DNA of 64,000 bases from Anaeromyxobacteraceae bacterium. Lineage in GTDB: Bacteria; Myxococcota; Myxococcia; Myxococcales; Anaeromyxobacteraceae. The notes beneath the pieces are model-generated. The model saw only the letters and a list, made by a program, of their open reading frames with translations, was not told where the DNA came from and searched no databases. Where the stretch lies: the NCBI GenBank assembly GCA_032654565.1, contig JAULAX010000014.1, forward strand, positions 32,001 to 96,000, in the 5' to 3' direction. How positions within the stretch are numbered: the first letter of the stretch is position 1; each line of letters begins with the position of its first letter. The translations under genes and the position numbers were made by a program. Shown here piece by piece: positions 37,890-49,644 of this stretch.

Positions 37890-38255
37890 TCACCAGCCCA
37901 CCGCCACCTCGAACCCGCCCACGGCGAGGCGCTTGACGTCGAAGGGCATGGGCTCCCCCTCCTTCATCATCGCGTTCAAGCGCGGGTCCTTCATCACCGC
38001 CGCGTTGACCCGGTCGCGGTGGGCGCGCGAGCGGTAGACGATGAAGGAGAAGACCACCGTCTCCCCGGCCTTGAGCCGGGCCAGGCGCGGGAAGCCCATG
38101 CCGTAGGGGACCTGCAGGTCCTCGCCGACGCACTCCGTGTAGGAGAGCGCGCCGTGGTCCTTCCAGACCCTGGCGCCCAGCCTGGCCTGGCGCAGGTAGG
38201 CCTTCACCTTCCGCTTCTGCAAAGGAATCACGAAACCGTCGACGTACCTGGCCAT
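37890..38255 (-). CDS. DUF1428 family protein
   Basis: YVDGFV, HGALSY, ETVVFSFIVY and MPFD...GGF; GGAG RBS. Confidence 0.88.
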   Translation of the reverse strand: MARYVDGFVIPLQKRKVKAYLRQARLGARVWKDHGALSYTECVGEDLQVPYGMGFPRLARLKAGETVVFSFIVYRSRAHRDRVNAAVMKDPRLNAMMKEGEPMPFDVKRLAVGGFEVAVGW

Positions 38256-38363
38256 GTCACGCTCCTCCGGGTCGAGTGGACCCACGCCGGTTCATTGCGA
38301 GGCGCCCCCGGTCCGCGCAAGGGATTCCATGGACCCGGCCGAGGGACCCTGGGACGGACGGCG

Positions 38364-39389
38364 CTAACCCGGCGGGAGCGTGGCCAGGAACCCTCGCACC
38401 GCGGCGCCGTACTCGGCCGGGCAGTCGAGCTGGACCGAGTGGCCGCAGCCGGCCAGGCCGGCCAGCCTGCCGCCGGGGATGGCGGCCGCGCCCGCGGCCA
38501 TGACGTCGCGGGTCCAGCCACCATGCAGGAACGGGCTGGGGATGAGCCGGTCCTCCTCGCCGAAGACCACCAGCGCCGGCGCCTTCACCTGCCCCAGGCT
38601 CTGCCGGACGAAGTCGTTCTCGGCCAGCCCCTGGACGCTGCGGACCTGGGCGTAGGCGTAGGCGTCGAACTCCGGCGTCCCCACCACCCGCACCCGCTCC
38701 TCCACCAGCCACTCCAGCTCCGGCCGGAAGCGCTGGAAGTTGGCCTGGGCCACCGATCCCCAGATGCCGTACTCCGGCGTCTTCTTCACCAGCACCGTGG
38801 CGAAGACCGCCTTGAACCAGGCCTTCTCGCGCTGGGTGAAGACCTCGAACCCGGCCGGCGAGGTCAGCACCAGGGCGCGGACCTCCTCCGGGTAGCGGAT
38901 GGCCCAGGAGAGCGCGGTCTGCCCGCCCATGGAGTGGCCCACCACCACGGGCCGCTTCACCCCCAGCTGCGCCGCCAGCTCGCGGGCGGCGTCGGCCATG
39001 GCCTCCATGGTGTAGGGGAAGGAGGCCGGCTTGTCCGACTTGCCGTAGCCGGGCAGGTCGAGCGCCACCACGTGCCAGCCCTCGGCGGCGAAGGCGTCGA
39101 GCTGGAACCACCAGAACTTGAGGTAGCTGCCCAGGCCGTGGACGAAGACCAGCGTGCCCTTGGCCCCGCCCTTCCCCAGCTCCACGTAGGCCACCCGCGG
39201 CGGCCGGGCCATGCCGTAGGTGCGGGCGGTCTCGGGCAGCTCGCGGAAGGCCACCGGCCAGGGCTGGCCGCCCGGTCCGGCGTAGGGGAGCTCGGCGAAG
39301 GGGCGCGGTGGCAGCGACGAGTAGCGGGGAGTGCAGGCGACCAGCGCCAGCAGGGCGAGGGAGAGCGTGACGGTGCGCGTGGTGGTCAT
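38364..39389 (-). CDS. Alpha/beta hydrolase, lipoprotein
   Basis: LVAC lipobox; HGLG, DLPGYGKS, GHSMGG and CGH. Confidence 0.9.
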   Translation of the reverse strand: MTTTRTVTLSLALLALVACTPRYSSLPPRPFAELPYAGPGGQPWPVAFRELPETARTYGMARPPRVAYVELGKGGAKGTLVFVHGLGSYLKFWWFQLDAFAAEGWHVVALDLPGYGKSDKPASFPYTMEAMADAARELAAQLGVKRPVVVGHSMGGQTALSWAIRYPEEVRALVLTSPAGFEVFTQREKAWFKAVFATVLVKKTPEYGIWGSVAQANFQRFRPELEWLVEERVRVVGTPEFDAYAYAQVRSVQGLAENDFVRQSLGQVKAPALVVFGEEDRLIPSPFLHGGWTRDVMAAGAAAIPGGRLAGLAGCGHSVQLDCPAEYGAAVRGFLATLPPG

Positions 39390-39400
39390 GGCGGGCCTCG

Positions 39401-41041
39401 CTAGAACGCGTACCAGGTGAAGGTGGTGAAGACCGCGTAGGGGTTCTGCTTGACGACCGAGGTCTCGCCGTCGAACCAGTCGCCCTTCACCATGTAGCCG
39501 GCGTGGAGCCCCAGGGTCATCAGGTAGCGGATGGTGTACTTGAGCTCGGCGTTCACCTCGGTGCCGAGCACCTTGCCCCGCGGGGTGACGCTGCCGGCCA
39601 GGGTGGCGGGGCGGACCGCGCTGCGGGCGTGCCCCAGCCCGACCTTGAGGTTGAGGGTGTGGGGGACCAGGTCCCAGGCGGCGGTGGCCAGCAGCGCCTC
39701 CAGGCCGGCCCCCTGGTTGGAGAGGTCGGTGACGGCGCCGGTGTAGTTGTTGACGGTGCTGGTGAAGGGGAAGAGGAGCAGCATGCGGTGGTTGAACCAG
39801 ACCGCGCCCGGCAGGCCGTAGTAATTGAGCGTGAAGGCGCCGCGGTAGGTGCCGTCGCTCGGGTCAGAGTCGCCGCTGGAGTAGACCCCCTCCAGGGTGG
39901 CCACGTCGTTGACGGTCCGTCCGTAGTTCCAGAGCAGCTCGGCGTCGGCCGAGAGCCCGCGCACCGCGACGTGGCGGTTGAGCAGCGTGTCCGGCTTGTT
40001 CGAGTCGAAGCGGCCGCCGTTGTACATCACGAACCCAGTGGCCCCGAGCGGCCCGGCCTTGAAGTCGATGTTGTGGTGGGCGTTCAGCCCCAGCCAGCCG
40101 ACCCAGCCGGAGGGGCGGTCGATGGCGAAGGGGGTGGTCCCGGTGAAGGTGGAGAGGCCGCCGGAGGAGGGCCCGGAGCGGACCAGCCCCTCGTAGGCGT
40201 AGCCGTCCCCCTTGGTGTCGTCGCGCAGGAACCAGAGCGAGCCGCCCACCCAGGTGCCCGGCCTCACCTCCGAGGCGTGGTCGGCCATGGCCAGCCAGGC
40301 GTACTTGATGCGCGGATCGTCCACGGTGGCCTTGTCGGGCTGGGCGCCCTGCATGGGGAACCACCCCAGGCGGCTGCGGCCCCAGCGCTGCGAGAAGAGC
40401 TGGATGCCGGTGGCGTCGGTGCCGGCGAAGGCCAGCTTGTAGCCGGTGCGGGTGATGTCGAAGAGCGAGCTGCGGGTCGGATCGAGCGGGTTGTCGTAGA
40501 GCGGCTGGGTGCCGATGAGGACGGTGAGGAGGTCGGGATCCCTCCAGGGGTAGAGGGCGACGTTGACGTTCTTGGTCTGGATGTTGACCTGGTCGGCGTT
40601 GAGGCCGCCGCCCTCGTTGGGCTGCACGGTGTTGGCGGCCCGGCCCCAGACGTAGTCGATCTCGAACTGGGCGCGGAAGGAGGCCCGGCCGTCGAAGAAG
40701 TTGGGGGTGTACTCGATGACCGGGATCCAGCGCTGCTCCACCCAGAAGCCCGGCCCGGTCTTGCCCACGTAGACCCGGCTGCCGGCCAGCTCGCCCAGGG
40801 GCCCGAGGGCGACGCCCTTGAGGCCGGTGGGATCGCCCACGGCGTTGGTGACCGAGACGCGGGAGAAGAAGTAGTTGATGAGCCGGAGCTGCTGCGGCTC
40901 GGCGTCGTGCACCCGGGCCTGACCGTCGTACCACTCCGGGAAGTAGGCGCCCGGCACCGAGGGTGTCTGGGCGCCGGCGCCGAGCGGGGCGAGGAGCAGG
41001 GCGGCCAGGAGCGCGCGGTGGGCACGAGGCGAGACGGGCAT
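39401..41041 (-). CDS. Exported protein, probable outer-membrane beta-barrel
   Basis: Signal peptide, aromatic-rich alternating strands, C-terminal TFTWYAF. Confidence 0.65.
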   Translation of the reverse strand: MPVSPRAHRALLAALLLAPLGAGAQTPSVPGAYFPEWYDGQARVHDAEPQQLRLINYFFSRVSVTNAVGDPTGLKGVALGPLGELAGSRVYVGKTGPGFWVEQRWIPVIEYTPNFFDGRASFRAQFEIDYVWGRAANTVQPNEGGGLNADQVNIQTKNVNVALYPWRDPDLLTVLIGTQPLYDNPLDPTRSSLFDITRTGYKLAFAGTDATGIQLFSQRWGRSRLGWFPMQGAQPDKATVDDPRIKYAWLAMADHASEVRPGTWVGGSLWFLRDDTKGDGYAYEGLVRSGPSSGGLSTFTGTTPFAIDRPSGWVGWLGLNAHHNIDFKAGPLGATGFVMYNGGRFDSNKPDTLLNRHVAVRGLSADAELLWNYGRTVNDVATLEGVYSSGDSDPSDGTYRGAFTLNYYGLPGAVWFNHRMLLLFPFTSTVNNYTGAVTDLSNQGAGLEALLATAAWDLVPHTLNLKVGLGHARSAVRPATLAGSVTPRGKVLGTEVNAELKYTIRYLMTLGLHAGYMVKGDWFDGETSVVKQNPYAVFTTFTWYAF

Positions 41042-41116
41042 GTGGAACCTCCGGTGGACGGCGTCGGGGTGGGGAGGAGGGCCGGCGACCGCGGGGCCGC
41101 CGGCCCGCCACGGCCG

Positions 41117-41722
41117 CTAGTTGAGGCGGTAGGTCTGGACCGCGTTTCCGGTGAAGGCCACGGTGTTCAGGATCACGCCGGTCGCCCCCACCGCGCCATC
41201 GGCGCAGCGGTTGTGGGTGGCCTGGGCCCCGAAGAAGAGCTCGAGCCGCACGGTCTTGCCGTCGGCCGAGAAGGCGCCGCGGCCCGCCTGGGTGAAGCCG
41301 GTGTAGGTGACGTCGATGTCGAAGCAGGTGCCGTTGCCGGCCACGTTGCTGATGGCGACGGTGGTGGAGCTGAAGGTGAGCGGGCTGCCAAAGGCGGTGG
41401 CGTTGTCGCAGGTCCCGACGCTGCCCACGGTGGGGGCGCCGTTGAGCGTGCCGAGCTGGCTGGTGACGTTCCAGGTCCCCGCGGCGATGGAGATGGAGGT
41501 GCTCTTGTAGCACTGCGTGGACGCGCCGTAGTTGACGTTCTGGTTGAAGCCGTTCGGGTGGGTCGGGATGTCGGCGCCGGTCATCAGCATGGTCTTGCCG
41601 TTGAGGTAGGTGGTGATGGCGGCCGCGGTGGTGAGGGTGGGCGGCGGGGTGACGGCGGGATCGGAGGAGCCACAGGCGGCGAGGGCGAGGGCGGCGACGG
41701 TGCTGGCGATGAGCTTCTTCAT
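41117..41722 (-). CDS. Hypothetical Cys-containing lipoprotein
   Basis: MKK...LAAC lipobox; AAGGAG RBS; four further Cys. Confidence 0.8.
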   Translation of the reverse strand: MKKLIASTVAALALAACGSSDPAVTPPPTLTTAAAITTYLNGKTMLMTGADIPTHPNGFNQNVNYGASTQCYKSTSISIAAGTWNVTSQLGTLNGAPTVGSVGTCDNATAFGSPLTFSSTTVAISNVAGNGTCFDIDVTYTGFTQAGRGAFSADGKTVRLELFFGAQATHNRCADGAVGATGVILNTVAFTGNAVQTYRLN

Positions 41723-41752
41723 GGACGACTCCTTGGTCGGTGCTGCGGGGTG

Positions 41753-41773
41753 GGGATCAGGTCGGGGGTCAGG

Positions 41774-41788
<15 letters not shown>
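41753..41788. repeat. Three tandem 12-bp repeats (GGGRTCAGGTCR)
   Basis: Overlaps the ligase stop codon. Confidence 0.7.
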
Positions 41789-43330
<1,542 letters not shown>

Positions 43331-43342
43331 GAGTCCTCCCGG

Positions 43343-44335
43343 TCAGGCGGTCCAGCGGAAGAGGGCGGTGGCCATGGCCAGCCCGCCGCCGCTGGCGCAC
43401 AGGGCCACCAGGTCGCCGGGGCGCACCCGGCCGGCGCGCACCGCGTCGTCGAGCGTCATGGGGATGCAGGCGCTGCCGGTGTAGCCCCACTTGTCCATGG
43501 TCCAGTGGGTCTTGCTCATGGGCTGGCCCAGCGCCGCCATGGTGGCCTCGATGGTGCGCAGGTTGAGCTGGGTGAAGACGAAGAGGGCCACGTCGTCGAC
43601 GCCGAGGCCGGCCCGCTCCAGCACCCCCTGCAGCAGCACCGGCCAGCGCTCGGTGTTGAAGGTGGCGGGGAACTTGCGGACGAAGCGCACCGCCGGCGCC
43701 CCCTCGGCCGCCACCCGCTCCGGCGTGGCCGGGTGGAGGGTGCCGCCGGTGTAGATGCCCAGGGCGTCGTGGTACTCGCCGTGGGCCTCGAGCCGGGCGC
43801 CGACGAACCCCGGCGCCTCCCCCGCCCCCAGCACCACCGCCCCGGCGCCGTCGGCGAAGAGGGTGCAGGTCTTCTTGTCGGTCCAGTCGATGAAGCGGGA
43901 CATGCCGTAGGCGCCCACCACCAGCACGTGGTGGTAGGCGTCGTCGGCGGCGATGGTCTTGGCGGCCACGTCGAGCGCGGTGACGAAGCCGGCGCAGGCG
44001 CAGTTGAGGTCGTAGGTCCCGGCCCGCCGCGCCCCCAGCTTGTGCTGCACCACCGAGGCGGTGGCGGGGCTTGGCTGGTCGGGGGTGTCGGTGGCCACGA
44101 TGATCAGGTCGAGGTCCTGGGGCGACAGCCCGGCGCGGGCCAGGGCGTCGCGGGCCGCGGCGACGGCCAGGTCGCTGGTGACCTCGTGGTCGGCCATCAG
44201 GTGGCGCTGGCGGATGCCGACGTTCTCCACCAGCCAGGCGTCGAGGGGCTGGCCGAGGCGGGCCTCCAGCTCGGCGTTGGAGACGACCCGCTCCGGGACG
44301 TAGCGCCCGGTGGAGAGGATGCGGGCCCGCCTCAC
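43343..44335 (-). CDS. FabH/KAS III-like enzyme with non-canonical active site
   Basis: GIRQR, ACAGF and LFADGAGA conserved; TQLN replaces HQAN and GYTGSAC replaces GNTSAAS; GTG overlaps the TetR stop. Confidence 0.88.
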   Translation of the reverse strand: MRRARILSTGRYVPERVVSNAELEARLGQPLDAWLVENVGIRQRHLMADHEVTSDLAVAAARDALARAGLSPQDLDLIIVATDTPDQPSPATASVVQHKLGARRAGTYDLNCACAGFVTALDVAAKTIAADDAYHHVLVVGAYGMSRFIDWTDKKTCTLFADGAGAVVLGAGEAPGFVGARLEAHGEYHDALGIYTGGTLHPATPERVAAEGAPAVRFVRKFPATFNTERWPVLLQGVLERAGLGVDDVALFVFTQLNLRTIEATMAALGQPMSKTHWTMDKWGYTGSACIPMTLDDAVRAGRVRPGDLVALCASGGGLAMATALFRWTA

Positions 44336-44985
44336 GCCCGCCTCCGGGCCGGGGCGCGGCGGGTGGGCCTCGGCGGCGGCCCTGCGCCCGGCGCCGCCAT
44401 GCCGTCGCGGACCAGGGCCACCGCGGCGTCCAGCACCGCCTCCATGCCCTTGCCCCGCCCCCAGAGCACGTAGCGCATGCCGAGGAAGTCGGCGATGCCC
44501 ATGAGCGCGTAGGCCAGCACCTCGGGGTCGACGCGCCGCACCTGTCCGCGCCGCTGGGCCCGGGCCAGGGCCTTGGCGTAGGGGGCGGCGAAGCTGCGGT
44601 AGTAGCGGCGGAAGCAGGCCTCGTCGATGAACTCGGTCTGCCGCACCACCCGGTAGAGCAGCCGGTGGCGGGAGGTGAAGGCGAAGAAGGCGCGGAACCC
44701 CTCGCGCTCCACCTCCATCCGGTCGGCCAGCCCGGCGATGGCGGCGGCCAGCTCGGCGCGCAGCCTCTCCCCCAGCCCGTCCACCACCTCGACGAGCAGC
44801 GACTGCTTGTCCTCGAAGTAGACGTAGAAGGTCCCCAGCGCCACCCCGGCCTCCCGGGTGATGTCGGAGATCGAGGCGCGCTCGAAGCCGCGCTCGCCGA
44901 AGACCACCTCGGCCGCCTCCACCAGCTTCTGCCGGGTGCGCTGCCCGCGGGCGGTGGCGGGGCGTGGAGTTGAATTCCGATTCAT
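44332..44985 (-). CDS. TetR/AcrR family regulator
   Basis: TARGQRTRQKL...ASISDITREAGVALGTFYVYFEDK. Confidence 0.92.
   Translation of the reverse strand: MNRNSTPRPATARGQRTRQKLVEAAEVVFGERGFERASISDITREAGVALGTFYVYFEDKQSLLVEVVDGLGERLRAELAAAIAGLADRMEVEREGFRAFFAFTSRHRLLYRVVRQTEFIDEACFRRYYRSFAAPYAKALARAQRRGQVRRVDPEVLAYALMGIADFLGMRYVLWGRGKGMEAVLDAAVALVRDGMAAPGAGPPPRPTRRAPARRRA
44971..44984. promoter_or_regulatory. Palindrome TGAAT-TCCG-ATTCA over the TetR start (candidate operator)
   Basis: AT-rich inverted repeat at the divergent promoter region. Confidence 0.55.
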
Positions 44986-45047
44986 GTTTCATGTAAGGGT
45001 AGGGAGTCGCGGCGAGGATGTCAAAGGCTGATTGAGGGGAGACCAGC

Positions 45048-45794
45048 GTGGAGCTCGACCAACTGAAGGTGATCGTGACCGGCGGGGCGCAGGGCATGGG
45101 GGCGCACTTCGCCGCCCGCCTGCACCAGGCCGGCGCCCGGGTGGCGGTGGGCGACGTCAACGAGGCCGGGCTGGCGGCGCTGCCGGCCGGGGTGGAGCGG
45201 CGCCGGCTCGACGTCACCGACGAGGCCGACGTGGCCGCCTTCGTGGCCTGGGCCTCCGGGCGGCTCGGTGGCCTGAACGCCCTGGTGAACAACGCCGGCA
45301 TCATCCGCGACGGGCTGCTGGTGAAGCGCGACCGGCAGAGCGGTGAGATCACCACCCTCTCCAGGAAGGACTGGGACGCCGTCATCGGCGTCAACCTCAC
45401 CGGCGCCACGCTCATGGCCCGGGAGGTGGTGGCCGCCATGGCCCGGGCCGGCACCCGCCCCGGCGTGCTGGTCAACATCTCCTCGGTCTCCCGCCACGGC
45501 AACCGCGGCCAGTCCAACTACGTGGCCGCCAAGGCGGCGCTGGTGGCCAACACCGTCACCTGGGCGCGCGAGTTCGCCGCCTTCGGGGTGCGGGTCGGCG
45601 CCGTGGCGCCCGGCATGGTGGAGACCCCCATGACCCAGGGCATGAACCAGAAGGCCCGCGACGCCCTGGTGGCGGCCATCCCGGTGGGGCGCATCGGCCT
45701 GCCCGAGGACATCTGGCGCGCCGTCCGCTTCGTGCTGGAGTGCGACTACTTCGACGGCCGCTGCGTCGACGTCGACGGCGGCCTGGTGATGTAG
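45048..45794 (+). CDS. SDR family oxidoreductase (FabG-like)
   Basis: TGGAQGMG, NNAGIIRD, YVAAK and VDGG. Confidence 0.92.
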   Translation: MELDQLKVIVTGGAQGMGAHFAARLHQAGARVAVGDVNEAGLAALPAGVERRRLDVTDEADVAAFVAWASGRLGGLNALVNNAGIIRDGLLVKRDRQSGEITTLSRKDWDAVIGVNLTGATLMAREVVAAMARAGTRPGVLVNISSVSRHGNRGQSNYVAAKAALVANTVTWAREFAAFGVRVGAVAPGMVETPMTQGMNQKARDALVAAIPVGRIGLPEDIWRAVRFVLECDYFDGRCVDVDGGLVM

Positions 45795-45872
45795 CCTTGC
45801 CGCCCCTCCGGCCCGCATGGCAGCGTGAACCACCCCGCAGCTCACCAACTTCCACGACGAGGAGTGACCCCC

Positions 45873-47066
45873 ATGACGCAGCGTAGAGCGTTCGGCGCCG
45901 CCATCCTGGCGGCCTTCACCCTGCTTCCCCCCTCCCCGGCCGGCGCCCAGGGACCCGACATCACCATCGCCCATGTCTACAGCCGCACCGGGCCGCTGGA
46001 GGCCTACGGCAAGCAGACCGCCGCCGGCTTCCTCATGGGGCTGGAGTACGCCACCCAGGGCACCATGACGGTGGCCGGCCGCAAGCTGGTGGTCATCGAG
46101 AAGGACGACCAGGGCAAGCCGGACCTGGGCAAGAGCCTGCTGGCGGCCGCCTACGCCGACGACAAGGTCGCCCTGGCCGTCGGCCCCACCTCCAGCGGCG
46201 TGGCCCTGGCCATGCTGCCGGTGGCCGAGGAGTACCAGCGCCTCCTGCTGGTCGAGCCGGCGGTGGCCGACGCCATCACCGGCGACAAGTGGAACCGCTA
46301 CGTCTTCCGCACCGGCCGGAACTCCTCGCAGGACGCCATCTCCAACGCCGTGGCCCTCGACAAGCCCGGGGTGAGCATCGCCACCCTGGCCCAGGACTAC
46401 GCCTTCGGCCGCGACGGGGTGAAGGCCTTCCGCCAGGCGGTGAAGAGCGCCCGCATCGTCCACGAGGAGTACCTGCCCACCAGCACCACCGACTTCACCG
46501 CCGGGGCCCAGCGGCTCATCGACCAGCTCAAGGACCTGCCCGGCCGCAAGGTGATCTGGATCCTCTGGGCCGGCGCCGGCAACCCCTTCAAGATCGCCGA
46601 CCTGGAGCTGAAGCGCTACGGCATCGAGATCGCCACCGGCGGCAACATCCTGCCGGCCATGGCCGCCTACAAGCAGCTGCCCGGGATGGAGGGGGCCAGC
46701 TACTACTACTACGAGATCCCCAGGAACCCGGTGAACGCCTGGCTGGTGGCCGAGCACCAGAAGCGCTTCAACGCACCGCCCGACTTCTTCACCGCCGGGG
46801 GGATGAGCGCCGCCATCGCCGTGGTCGAGGCGCTGCGCAAGACCTCCGGCGACACCGCCACCGAGAAGCTCATCGGGGCCATGGAGGGGCTCTCCTTCGA
46901 GACCCCCAAGGGGAAGATGACCTTCCGCAAGGAGGACCACCAGGCCATGCAGAGCATGTTCCACTTCCGCATCAAGGTGGACCCGGCGGTGGCCTGGGGG
47001 ATCCCGGTGCTGGTGCGCGAGATCAGGCCCGACGAGATGAACGTCCCCATCCGCAACAAGCGCTGA
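45873..47066 (+). CDS. Liv-type ABC transporter substrate-binding protein
   Basis: Signal peptide; TGPLEAYG, KDDQGKPD and QDYAFGRDG; AGGAG RBS. Confidence 0.9.
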   Translation: MTQRRAFGAAILAAFTLLPPSPAGAQGPDITIAHVYSRTGPLEAYGKQTAAGFLMGLEYATQGTMTVAGRKLVVIEKDDQGKPDLGKSLLAAAYADDKVALAVGPTSSGVALAMLPVAEEYQRLLLVEPAVADAITGDKWNRYVFRTGRNSSQDAISNAVALDKPGVSIATLAQDYAFGRDGVKAFRQAVKSARIVHEEYLPTSTTDFTAGAQRLIDQLKDLPGRKVIWILWAGAGNPFKIADLELKRYGIEIATGGNILPAMAAYKQLPGMEGASYYYYEIPRNPVNAWLVAEHQKRFNAPPDFFTAGGMSAAIAVVEALRKTSGDTATEKLIGAMEGLSFETPKGKMTFRKEDHQAMQSMFHFRIKVDPAVAWGIPVLVREIRPDEMNVPIRNKR

Positions 47067-47079
47067 GGGACCGGGCCGC

Positions 47080-47850
47080 GTGCTCGAGACCCGCGCACTC
47101 ACCGTTCGCTTCGGCGGCCACCTGGCCGTCGACCACGTGAGCTGCACCTTCTCGGCGGGCACGCTCACCGCCATCGTCGGTCCCAACGGCGCCGGCAAGA
47201 CCACCTACTTCAACCTGATCTCCGGGCAGCTCCCCGCCAGCGAGGGCCAGGTGCTGCTCGACGGCGAGGTGCTCACCGGGCTGCCGGCCCCGCTGCGGAC
47301 CCGCCGCGGCCTGGGGCGGGCCTTCCAGCTCACCCAGCTCTTCCCCGGGCTCTCGGTGCAGGAGAACGTCCGGCTCGCCGTCCAGGCGCGGGAGCAGGGG
47401 CGCGGCCACGCCGGCCTCGACCTGCTGCGGGTCTGGCTCGACCGGACCGGGTGGATCGAGGAGGCCCGGGACCTGCTGGCCCGGGTCCAGCTCGACGGCA
47501 AGGCCGACCTGGCCGCCAGCAGCCTCTCCCACGGCGACCAGCGCAAGCTCGAGGTGGCGCTGCTCATGGCCCTCGACCCCAAGGTGTACCTGTTCGACGA
47601 GCCCACCGCCGGGATGAGCGTCGACGACGTCCCGGTCATCCTCGACCTGGTCCGCGCCCTCAAGTCGAGGCGCGACCGGGCCATCCTGCTGGTGGAGCAC
47701 AAGATGGACGTGGTCCGCGAGCTCGCCGACCGGATCGTGGTGCTCCACAACGGGCGGCTGGTGGCCGACGGCGAGCCGGCCGCGGTCATCGCCTCGCCGG
47801 TGGTGCAGCAGGCCTACCTGGGGCTGGCGCCGGTGGAGGGCGGGGCGTGA
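47080..47850 (+). CDS. Liv-type ABC ATPase (LivG-like)
   Basis: GPNGAGKTT, LSHG, DEPTAG and VEH. Confidence 0.92.
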   Translation: MLETRALTVRFGGHLAVDHVSCTFSAGTLTAIVGPNGAGKTTYFNLISGQLPASEGQVLLDGEVLTGLPAPLRTRRGLGRAFQLTQLFPGLSVQENVRLAVQAREQGRGHAGLDLLRVWLDRTGWIEEARDLLARVQLDGKADLAASSLSHGDQRKLEVALLMALDPKVYLFDEPTAGMSVDDVPVILDLVRALKSRRDRAILLVEHKMDVVRELADRIVVLHNGRLVADGEPAAVIASPVVQQAYLGLAPVEGGA

Positions 47851-48605
47851 CCGCCGCCGTCGACGCCGTGCTGCGCCTGGAGGGGGTCCACACCCACGTC
47901 GGCGCCTACCACATCCTCCACGGGGTGGACCTGGAGGTCCCCCGGGGCCAGGTGACCATGCTGCTGGGGCGCAACGGCGCCGGCAAGACCACCACGCTGC
48001 GCACCATCATGGGGCTGTGGCCGGCCAGCCAGGGGGCGATCCGCTTCGAGGGCGAGTCGATCGGCGGCCCCGGCGGCCAGCAGCCCACGCCCGACATCGC
48101 CCGCCGCGGCATCGCCTACGTGCCCGAGGCCATGGGCATCTTCGCCGACCTGACGGTGGGCGAGAACATGCTGCTGGCGGCGCGCCAGGCCCGCCGCATC
48201 GAGGAGCTCGACGCCGGCCGGCTGGAGTGGATCTTCGGCCTCTTCCCGGCGCTGCGGAGGTTCTGGCTCCACCCCGCCGGCAAGCTCTCCGGCGGCCAGA
48301 AGCAGATGCTGGCGGTGGCCCGGGCCATCTGCGAGCCGCGCCAGCTGCTGCTGGTCGATGAGCCCAGCAAGGGGCTGGCCCCGTCCATCGTCCAGAACCT
48401 GGTGACCGCCTTCGCCGAGCTGAAGCGGCAGGCCACCACCGTCCTGCTGGTGGAGCAGAACTTCTCGGTGGCCCGCCAGCTGGGCGACCGGGTGGCGGTG
48501 ATGGACGGCGGCCGGGTGGTCCACGCCGGGGCCATGGCCGCGCTGGCCGACGACGAGGCGCTGCAGCAGCGGCTGCTCGGGCTCTCGCTGGGGGCGCACC
48601 CGTGA
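47847..48605 (+). CDS. Liv-type ABC ATPase (LivF-like)
   Basis: GRNGAGKTT, LSGGQKQM, DEPSKGL and VEQN. Confidence 0.92.
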   Translation: MTAAVDAVLRLEGVHTHVGAYHILHGVDLEVPRGQVTMLLGRNGAGKTTTLRTIMGLWPASQGAIRFEGESIGGPGGQQPTPDIARRGIAYVPEAMGIFADLTVGENMLLAARQARRIEELDAGRLEWIFGLFPALRRFWLHPAGKLSGGQKQMLAVARAICEPRQLLLVDEPSKGLAPSIVQNLVTAFAELKRQATTVLLVEQNFSVARQLGDRVAVMDGGRVVHAGAMAALADDEALQQRLLGLSLGAHP

Positions 48606-49636
48606 CCGACGCCGACGACGCCGCCAAGGCCACGGCCGCAGCCGGGAGCGCCATCCCGGGCGCCCGCCGCGACTTCGCGCCGCTGCTGCTGCTGCTGGCC
48701 GTAGCCCTGGCCGGGCTGCCGCTGGTCGGCCGTGGCAGCACCTGGGTCACCCTCACCGTGGCCGGGCTGGCCATGGGCATGATCATCTTCATCGTCGCCT
48801 CCGGGCTCACCCTGATCTTCGGGCTCATGGACGTGCTCAACTTCGGGCACGGGGTCTTCATCGCCCTCGGCGCCTTCGTGGCCACCTCGGTGCTCTCCCG
48901 CCTCACCGGGTGGACGGGCGGGACCGCCTGGGCCCCGCAGCTGGCCGCGGTGCTGCTGGCCATGGCAGCGGCGGCGGCGGTGGCCGGGGCGGTGGGCTGG
49001 GCCTTCGAGCGGGTCATCGTCCGGCCGGTGTACGGCCGCCACCTCAAGCAGATCCTGGTCACCATGGGCGGGATGATCGTCGGCGAGGAAGTCATCAAGA
49101 TGGTCTGGGGCCCGGAGCAGATCCCTCTCCCGCTCCCCGGCTTCCTGCGCGGGGCGGTGCTGCTCGGCGACGCCGCGGTGGAGCGCTACCGGCTCCTGGC
49201 GGTGGTGGTGGGGGCGCTGGTGCTGGTGGCCATGCTGCGGATCCTCAACCACACCAAGGTGGGGCTGCTGGTGCGGGCCGGGGTGCAGGACCGCGAGATG
49301 GTCGAGGCCCTCGGCTACCGGATCAACCGGCTCTTCGTGGCGGTGTTCGTGGCCGGGTCGGCGCTGGCCGGGCTGGGCGGGGTGCTCTGGGGCCTGTACC
49401 AGCAGAGCGTCACCGCCCAGATCGGGGCCCAGGTGAACGTGCTCATCTTCATCGTCATCATCACCGGGGGGCTGGGCTCCACCCTGGGGTGCCTGGTGGG
49501 CGCGCTGCTGGTCGGGCTGGTGGCCAACTACACCGGCTTCCTGGTCCCCAAGCTGGCGCTCTTCTCCAACATCGCGCTCATGGTGGGCGTGCTGCTGTGG
49601 CGGCCCCGCGGCCTCTACCCGGTGACCGACCGGTGA
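48602..49636 (+). CDS. Liv-type ABC permease (LivH-like)
   Basis: GLTLIFGLMDVLNFGHG and WRPRGL. Confidence 0.9.
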   Translation: MTDADDAAKATAAAGSAIPGARRDFAPLLLLLAVALAGLPLVGRGSTWVTLTVAGLAMGMIIFIVASGLTLIFGLMDVLNFGHGVFIALGAFVATSVLSRLTGWTGGTAWAPQLAAVLLAMAAAAAVAGAVGWAFERVIVRPVYGRHLKQILVTMGGMIVGEEVIKMVWGPEQIPLPLPGFLRGAVLLGDAAVERYRLLAVVVGALVLVAMLRILNHTKVGLLVRAGVQDREMVEALGYRINRLFVAVFVAGSALAGLGGVLWGLYQQSVTAQIGAQVNVLIFIVIITGGLGSTLGCLVGALLVGLVANYTGFLVPKLALFSNIALMVGVLLWRPRGLYPVTDR

Positions 49637-49644
49637 AGGGGACC

